Shown here: one piece after another, positions 57,709 through 64,000 of the stretch | Numbering within the stretch: the first letter of the stretch is position 1 | How the letters are laid out: the number at the start of each line of letters is the position of its first letter | Source of the DNA: an uncultured Verrucomicrobiae bacterium | GTDB lineage: Bacteria; Verrucomicrobiota; Verrucomicrobiia; Chthoniobacterales; JAFAMB01 | Length of the DNA: 64,000 bases | Direction of reading: 5' to 3' | Assembly (NCBI GenBank): GCA_963762565.1 | Contig: CAVXLD010000011.1 | Location: forward strand, 1 to 64,000 | Notes under the pieces: generated by a model | The model's input: only the letters and a program-made list of their open reading frames with translations | Database searches by the model: none | What the model was told of the DNA's origin: nothing | Made by a program: the position numbers and the translations under genes

Positions 57709-58984
57709 TCAGCGAATCGTAGCCGGGGATTCATCTTTGCGTCCGCGCACCAGCACAATCACGATGATCGCACCGACGATGTCGAAGACCGCTAGGCAGG
57801 CAAATAGCGGTCCGTAACCGATGGTGGTTGCCAGGGCGCCGACTACCAACGTGAACAGCAACCCGCCGGTCCACGACGCAGTGCCGGTAAAGCCGTTGGC
57901 GGTCGCCACTTCATTCGCATCAAATACATCGGCGCACAGCGTATTCAGTAGGGCTGAGATCATTTGGTGGGCGAACCCCCCAATGCAGAAAAGCCCAATC
58001 GCCAGGTATGGGTTATTAGCCAACCCAATCGATCCCGGACCGATCATTAGCAACGCTCCCAGTACGATCCCCGCGATTCTCGAATCGATCAGCTTGATAT
58101 GGAAGTACTTCATCAATAACGGTGACAAGTAACCGCCAAAGATTCCGCCGAGATCGGCCGCCAGAAAAGGAAGCCAGGCGAATATGGCGATCTCTTTAAT
58201 ATCCATGTGCCGCACCGTGGCCAAGTACAGGGGAATCCAAAAGTTGAAAGTTTGCCATGCCGGCTCTGCTAAGAAGCGGGGTAGGGCGATGCCCCAGAAT
58301 CGCCTGGAAGACAAAATCTTCTTTACCGACGGCGGTTTTCTTTCCCCTGCGCTCGCGATCTTATCCGGTTCTTGACCCTGTAGGATATACGCACGCTCAC
58401 CTTCCGTTAGTGACTTATGCTTGCTGGGGGAGCGATAGAATACCCACCATAAGCCTGCCCAGATAAAACCGAGGCACCCGGTCACCACGAAAGCCATCTG
58501 CCAGCTAGACTGCAACAAAACCCAAACCACTAAGGGCGGAGCTAATAACGCGCCGAGAGAAGTGCCGGCGTAAAATAACCGACTGCCACAGAGCGTTCCT
58601 TGGCCGGAAACCACTCAGAGATCGCTTTGATGCCGGCCGGGATGCTGAAGCCTCGCTTAAGCCAAGGAGCCCCCTAAAAAAAGCTAACGAGCCCCAGCCT
58701 CCAGCGAACGCATGTAAGACATTGAAAGAGACCAAGCCAAAGCGAAAAGCGCGAACCCAAGTTGGAGCCCCAAAAAGTCAAGGATGAAGCCGCAGACCGA
58801 CTGCATGACGGTGTAGCCGATCTGAAAGGCGGCGACGATGTACGAATACTCTTGAGTTGAGAATTGCAGTTTCTTCTGTAGCTCAGGCGCCAAGACCGCG
58901 AGCGAATCCGCGCCAGATAGTTAATGATCGTACCGAGACAAATAAGACCTATGATCCACCAACGCAGTCCTTTGATTGTTTCAT
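57709..58984 (-). pseudogene. MFS sugar transporter (ExuT-like), frameshifted in this assembly
   Basis: Segments IKGLRWWII, APEL..QEYSYIV, FRGLLG, EWFPAKER and AGTSLGA lie in successive frames, implying five 1-nt deletions. Confidence 0.8.
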
Positions 58985-59228
58985 ACTGGGGGGAGAGTCG
59001 GACCGACTATGGCAGGCTCCTCTAAAATTAGGCCTAGCGGTATTGTAATCGGCGAAAAATAATTCTGTCGAGATTTTGTGGTGCGAGGTGCACTGTTATC
59101 GGTCTCAACATCATAAGTGGAAGGTCTCATTAGAAGTTGAGAGAGGAGATGGAGTAGTAGAGCTGCGTAGCGTCGGCGGGAGGTATGACGATTTCTAGTG
59201 CCGCGGTGTGCCCCGGCCGCCGGAAGCC

Positions 59229-59256
59229 TTTCATCTTTCACTTTTCACTTTTCACC
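59229..59256. repeat. Unpaired TTTTCAC heptamer right arm
   Basis: TTTCATCTTTCACTTTTCACTTTTCACC lies 16 nt before the ATG. Confidence 0.6.
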
Positions 59257-59272
59257 TTAGAGTGACCGCTCC

Positions 59273-61138
59273 ATGCTCACGATCTCCCAGGTTACAAAGT
59301 CCTTCGGGGCCGATGTTCTCTTCGAAGAGGTATCTCTTCAGGTTAACCGCGGGGATCGGCTTGGGTTGATTGGCGCCAATGGATCCGGCAAGTCGACGCT
59401 GCTATCCTTAATTCTAAGGCGTGACGAACCTGACAGCGGCTCGATCCAATTGCAGAGGAATGCGCGGGTTGGGTTTCTGCCACAGGAAAATGCTCCGGTT
59501 GGAGAGGAGACCGTCCTCCAATTGGCGACCCTGCGGGACATGCGCAGCTTAGACGGCACCCAGACCAGTCCCGACCCGACAGAGGGCGATTTTGAACGCG
59601 AGGCCAAAGCCAAGCGCATACTCTCTGGTTTGGCCTTTCGCGTAAAAGATTTTGATCGACCGGCAAAAGAGTTTAGCGGCGGCTGGATTATGCGTGCGCA
59701 CTTGGCGCGTCTGCTTGTTGACGAGCCCGATTTGCTCCTACTCGACGAACCGACGAATCATCTCGACCTAGAGACGGTCGTTTGGCTGCAGAAATATCTC
59801 CAAACTTACGCCGGCGCGCTGCTTCTGATCTCGCATGACCGGGCTTTTCTCAATTCTCTGGTGACACGGATCGTCGAGCTCGACCGGCAACGACTCTCGT
59901 CGTACGCCGGCAATTATGACGATTTTGTTGTCCAGAAAGAGGCGCGTCGTTCACAGCAATTGGCGGCTTACAAAAATCAGCAACGGCGGATTGAGCAGCT
60001 ACAGACGTTTATCGACCGGTTTGGCGCAAAGAATACCAAAGCGTCACAGGCTCAAAGCAAACGAAAAGAGATCGCACGCATGGAGCGAATCGATGCGCCG
60101 GAAAAAGACTCGGCGCCGATTCACTTCAGGTTTCCGCAGCCAAGCCGGAGCGGCGCCAGAGTAATCACTCTGGCACATATCAGCCACGCCTACGGGGAGA
60201 CCAAGGTCTATACTGATCTGAATCTCGAGATCGAGCGGGGGCAACGCACCGTCTTAGTCGGTCCGAACGGAGCAGGTAAATCGACCTTGCTAAAGCTAGT
60301 GGCAGGCGTGCTACCGGTACAAAGCGGTCGCCGCGAATTGGGGTATAACGTCGAACTCGGCTATTTTTCTCAACATCGGGTCGAGATGTTTGACCTTCGC
60401 CGGACCGTTCTGGCAGAGGCTAGCGACATCTCGGCGCCTGTGAGCGAACAAACGGTCAGAAGCCAGTTGGGCGCTTTTCTTTTCAGTGGCGATGATGTGT
60501 TTAAGCCCGTCTCCGTGCTCAGCGGTGGCGAGAAGAGCCGCCTCGCCCTGGCTAAGTTATTGTTGGACCCGCCTAATTTCCTAGTGATGGATGAACCTAC
60601 CACGCACTTGGATATGAGGAGTATCGAAGCGTTGGTCTTCGCGCTGAGCCAGTACGCTGGAACTCTGGCGTTTGTGAGTCACGACGTTCATTTCATCCGC
60701 TCAATTGCGAACTCGGTTCTGCATGTGAGGCAAGGCCAAATCAAGTTCTATCCGGGTGGCTACGATTATTTTATTGAAAAAACCGCATCAGATTCGGATC
60801 AGCTTAGCAGCCCGAATGGAGACGCTCCGGCGCCGCCAGTTCAATCTGCTCCCCGCAGCCAAGAGAAAGAGCGGAAACGCTTGGAAGCCGAAGCGCGCCA
60901 GCAACGTTCACAAGAGGAACGGGCGCTTCGCGCAAAGTTACAGCAAATCGAGACGCGGATCCTGAAGTTAGAAGAACGGCAACAAGAGTTAGTTGCTGCC
61001 TTACAGGAATCGAATGCGTCAACCTCCGAGCAGAGTTTGGAGTTAAAGAGGGTCGCCGACGAGCTAGCTACGTTAATGCCGGAATGGGACCGGTTGGTGG
61101 AGGAGAGTAAGGAGCTGCGGGCGGTGGCTGAGGGGTGA
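59273..61138 (+). CDS. ABC-F family ATPase
   Basis: Two NBDs (GANGSGKST, GPNGAGKST), DEPTNHLD, no TM segments, C-terminal coiled coil. Confidence 0.93.
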   Translation: MLTISQVTKSFGADVLFEEVSLQVNRGDRLGLIGANGSGKSTLLSLILRRDEPDSGSIQLQRNARVGFLPQENAPVGEETVLQLATLRDMRSLDGTQTSPDPTEGDFEREAKAKRILSGLAFRVKDFDRPAKEFSGGWIMRAHLARLLVDEPDLLLLDEPTNHLDLETVVWLQKYLQTYAGALLLISHDRAFLNSLVTRIVELDRQRLSSYAGNYDDFVVQKEARRSQQLAAYKNQQRRIEQLQTFIDRFGAKNTKASQAQSKRKEIARMERIDAPEKDSAPIHFRFPQPSRSGARVITLAHISHAYGETKVYTDLNLEIERGQRTVLVGPNGAGKSTLLKLVAGVLPVQSGRRELGYNVELGYFSQHRVEMFDLRRTVLAEASDISAPVSEQTVRSQLGAFLFSGDDVFKPVSVLSGGEKSRLALAKLLLDPPNFLVMDEPTTHLDMRSIEALVFALSQYAGTLAFVSHDVHFIRSIANSVLHVRQGQIKFYPGGYDYFIEKTASDSDQLSSPNGDAPAPPVQSAPRSQEKERKRLEAEARQQRSQEERALRAKLQQIETRILKLEERQQELVAALQESNASTSEQSLELKRVADELATLMPEWDRLVEESKELRAVAEG

Positions 61139-61194
61139 TTTGTCTGGGGCGGGGGAAACCCTGGGGCATGTAAAGGGTGATTAGTGATTGGTGG
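61135..61194. repeat. Unpaired GTGATTR left arm
   Basis: GTGATT at the stop codon and GTGATTAGTGATTGGTGG at 61177. Confidence 0.55.
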
Positions 61195-61485
61195 TAGCGA
61201 TGGTTCAGCCCCAAATCGGGGCGTTGCATTCCGGGTGGCACTTCAACCACTCATCGACGCCGACAATACGTTCCACCCCGCGTCTTTCCGAACCAGGGAG
61301 GCTGCCATGTTCGCCGGCGTCGATAGGCTCGTCGTGTATGGGCGTTGTTGATCTGTGCCGTGAAAAACTCGAGGAAGCGTCGTGCGGCTTTTCGCGTTGG
61401 CGCAAACACTGGCGCCGGCCGGAGGTCTTCTGAAGGCGCGACAACGCCGCCCTACCGATCTACTACCGTGTTAGATTACGGAAGG

Positions 61486-62184
61486 CTAGTCGTTCGTATC
61501 TCCTGCATCGGCCCCGCCGCTGAAAGTCGTCGTGCAACCCGAAGTGGTACAAAAACGATACTTGTCAGTTGAGCTGTTAGAGAAACCGAATTGACAGTTT
61601 GAAGCCATGTTTGAAAGGAAATAACAGTAGCCGTCCGATTGATAACCAAATTCCGCGCCGGTCACTTGATTGTAACTGACTCGGTTTCCGCCGATCGATT
61701 GAGTCAGGGAGATGCCGGCTCCGTTTGCACCGCCATTGATGATGTTCCGTTGAATCAGGCAAATCGTAGGATTAATCACCACAATTCCGTACTGAGGTGC
61801 AGAATTGATTTGGAGGTCTTGGGCGATCTCGGCTACGTTCTGTAGGTTTTGGGAGGACGGCGAGTCGAAATCAACGCCGGTGCGAAACCCAGTGATCACG
61901 CCGTTTTGGACGGTGACATTACTGAAGTTGTCGACATAAACGGCGATGGTCGGTGAGATATTGTCCTGGCAGGAAAGCGTAAAACCCTGAAGATCGATGA
62001 TCACATCGGAAGCCTTGACTGTAATCGCCTTACTTTTTCCGGAATAAGCCAGGTTCGCGGTTAGCACATAAGTGCCAGGGGCTTTGATCGTGTGCGGTAG
62101 AGACGATATCACGGTTTGGCCCGGCGCCGCGGCTGCAGCAAGTAAGGAACACAACCCGCAAAGGACATACTTTAAAGGATTCAT
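61486..62184 (-). CDS. Secreted right-handed beta-helix protein
   Basis: Signal peptide, ISSLPHTIKAPGTYVL, DVIIDLQGF and NVTVQNGVITGF. Confidence 0.8.
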   Translation of the reverse strand: MNPLKYVLCGLCSLLAAAAAPGQTVISSLPHTIKAPGTYVLTANLAYSGKSKAITVKASDVIIDLQGFTLSCQDNISPTIAVYVDNFSNVTVQNGVITGFRTGVDFDSPSSQNLQNVAEIAQDLQINSAPQYGIVVINPTICLIQRNIINGGANGAGISLTQSIGGNRVSYNQVTGAEFGYQSDGYCYFLSNMASNCQFGFSNSSTDKYRFCTTSGCTTTFSGGADAGDTND

Positions 62185-62233
62185 TGGATCGAGAATATTC
62201 AACATTAGAAATCGGTTTAGCGCTCGTCTGCCC

Positions 62234-62938
62234 TTAATTACTGGAGCCATTTAATGGCGTGCCGCCGCTGTATGCAGTGGAACAGAGATCAGTCACATTG
62301 AAACGATATTTGTCGTTAGATAAGGCGAACCCAGTTAAGCCGTTAACGACAAAGTTGTTTTCAAAATAGCTGGGTGCCGGCGCATCACTAAAGACGATAG
62401 CATTGGTGGGATTGCCGTATGCTTGGTTGTCGCGGACGAAGTTCGGTCCTTGCCCATTGAAGATATCGATTAACGTTCCGCCTGAGCTCGTCGACAGGAT
62501 AAGGTTTCGTTGAACGGTGCAGCCGGATCCCCCGGCGATCTGTACGGCGATGATCGCGTAAATCCGCATGTCCTGGACCGTGATTGCCGTATAGGCTTGA
62601 CCGCCGATACCGGCATTAACCGAGACTCCATAAGTAAAATTCTCTATTGTTCCATTCTTGATCGTGACATCACTCTGGTTTGCTTGCGTAAAGGCGACCC
62701 CCTTAGTTCCGCTCGCACTGTTGGTAGCGATTAAGCGATGGCCTGCGAAATCGAGCGTCACATCGGACGCGGTAATCGTGATGGCATTAGCGGCGCCGCC
62801 ATAGGATAGGTTTTTGCCAAGGGCATAGGTGCCGGACGCGCTGATGGTCTGCGGCACCGAATTAATGATGGTCTGAGCATGACTTGCCTGAGTAGTCAGG
62901 AAACCCAGAGTAGTTATTATAATTGCTAGAACTTTCAT
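62234..62938 (-). CDS. Secreted right-handed beta-helix protein (paralog of the previous gene)
   Basis: Signal peptide, INSVPQTISASGTYAL, DVTLDFAGH and DVTIKNGTIENF. Confidence 0.8.
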   Translation of the reverse strand: MKVLAIIITTLGFLTTQASHAQTIINSVPQTISASGTYALGKNLSYGGAANAITITASDVTLDFAGHRLIATNSASGTKGVAFTQANQSDVTIKNGTIENFTYGVSVNAGIGGQAYTAITVQDMRIYAIIAVQIAGGSGCTVQRNLILSTSSGGTLIDIFNGQGPNFVRDNQAYGNPTNAIVFSDAPAPSYFENNFVVNGLTGFALSNDKYRFNVTDLCSTAYSGGTPLNGSSN

Positions 62939-63203
62939 TTTGTGAAGTGCGGTACGGTAGCGTGGGGGTGCTGGGCATCTTACAAATCTTGATCGCGAAA
63001 TGTCAAAACTATAACGACACGAACTAGATAGGCTCAGTCCATCAAGCCGAAAGCAATGAAAATGGCATATAGGAAATAACAAACAGGGAACTCAACCAAT
63101 GCTGTAAATCGCGCAATAAGGCGCCGTCTTAATGATACCGGTTTCTAAGGAGCCAAGGGAGGCTTCAGTCCAAGCAGCCGCGCTTAGCCTTCAAGAGGCG
63201 CTT

Positions 63204-64000
63204 TCAGGCTTCCGCCATTTCTGTTTGGCCGCCCCAGTTCGCAATCAACCCTGGAAACCGGCAAGCTCGACAATCACTCCGGTCGTTTAAACAGAAGTCT
63301 TCGAAGATCTGTAGCAGACCCTGCTGCTGATAGAGAAAATGAATGTACTGCTGGCCGCGATCGGCGTCCCCGAATAAGCGTAGACACACGATCTCTAGAA
63401 GTGTGTTCCCGAGTTCAGCTCGGATGGACTTGAATGCACTCCAATCAGCATTGCCCGAGATCATCAATAGGGGAAACAATACATTGGCTACGATGTCTTT
63501 AACCCGCGAAGCGCCGATAAGACTGATCCGGCGTGGGGCGGCTGCTGACTGCAAGCTGTAGTGAAAGTCCCAAAATGGATGCGATAGCTTCTGGAACCAC
63601 TCACCGGCTCCGTCCAAGTCGACGCTTAGTTTTCGAAACTCCGACCAGCCAGAGGCGATTTGAGCTAGCGCCCCCAGTCGCCGATGCGGATGATTATTCG
63701 GCCTGCTGCCGCCTAGCCGCCAAAGGTCAGTGCGCAATACCAAATCGTGCAATTCACTTCTCATCTTCCACCAGTGAGTCCACAGAGCGTTCAAATAGCG
63801 GTCATCCTGTTGGGAGGCAGAAAGCGATCGTTCCAGAAAACCGGATAGACCGAACAGGATTGCTTCTGCAGCCGCTCGATCTGATCGAAGCCGGACGAGT
63901 GTGGCTCTCTGTGCGATGATGAGAAAAGGAATCTTGTTCCATTTATAACCAAGACCGATCGCCAGAGCTTGGAAAAGAGCTTCATCGATCCCGTGGATCC
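63204..64000 (-). CDS. DUF2851 family protein (5' end outside the window)
   Basis: The frame is open to the window end; LGYKWNK.PF, EAILFG, RPNNHPHRRL and QQGLLQI..DFC..C..C. Confidence 0.85.
   Translation of the reverse strand, partial: IHGIDEALFQALAIGLGYKWNKIPFLIIAQRATLVRLRSDRAAAEAILFGLSGFLERSLSASQQDDRYLNALWTHWWKMRSELHDLVLRTDLWRLGGSRPNNHPHRRLGALAQIASGWSEFRKLSVDLDGAGEWFQKLSHPFWDFHYSLQSAAAPRRISLIGASRVKDIVANVLFPLLMISGNADWSAFKSIRAELGNTLLEIVCLRLFGDADRGQQYIHFLYQQQGLLQIFEDFCLNDRSDCRACRFPGLIANWGGQTEMAEA

Noticed and set aside
1..64000. CRISPR array
   Set aside because: The repeats are 7-10-nt tandem units or dispersed palindromes. There are no regularly spaced 25-45-nt direct repeats with unique spacers and no cas genes.

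Overview
64 kb of ordinary chromosome, about 55% GC by eye, most likely from a Verrucomicrobiota (Spartobacteria/Chthoniobacterales-like) bacterium; that assignment is inferred from gene content only. Genes include tRNA-Ser(CGA), an ECF-like sigma/anti-sigma pair, a LMW phosphatase-GlyA fusion, a maltodextrin cluster (lamB-like porin, malFGK, malQ), zwf-opcA, two more sugar ABC systems, LPS glycosyltransferases with msbA, cinA, nadD-rsfS, nagZ, holA, exported msrB/msrA, GH31 with a frameshifted MFS gene, an ABC-F ATPase, two beta-helix paralogs and a partial DUF2851 gene. I found no CRISPR array, prophage, integrase, transposase or reverse transcriptase. The striking feature is the intergenic DNA. 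More than 30 gene junctions hold palindromic cassettes. In most, the outer arms are short tandem repeats (7-, 8-, 9- or 10-mers) in inverted orientation, often starting in or next to a stop codon and ending a few nt before the next start or stop codon. Variant units are often mirrored exactly between the two arms. One cassette encloses an intact four-helix-bundle (23S rRNA IVP / Avd-like) gene between zwf and opcA. The others are empty, chimeric, or carry nested REP/REPIN-like and MITE-like cargo.
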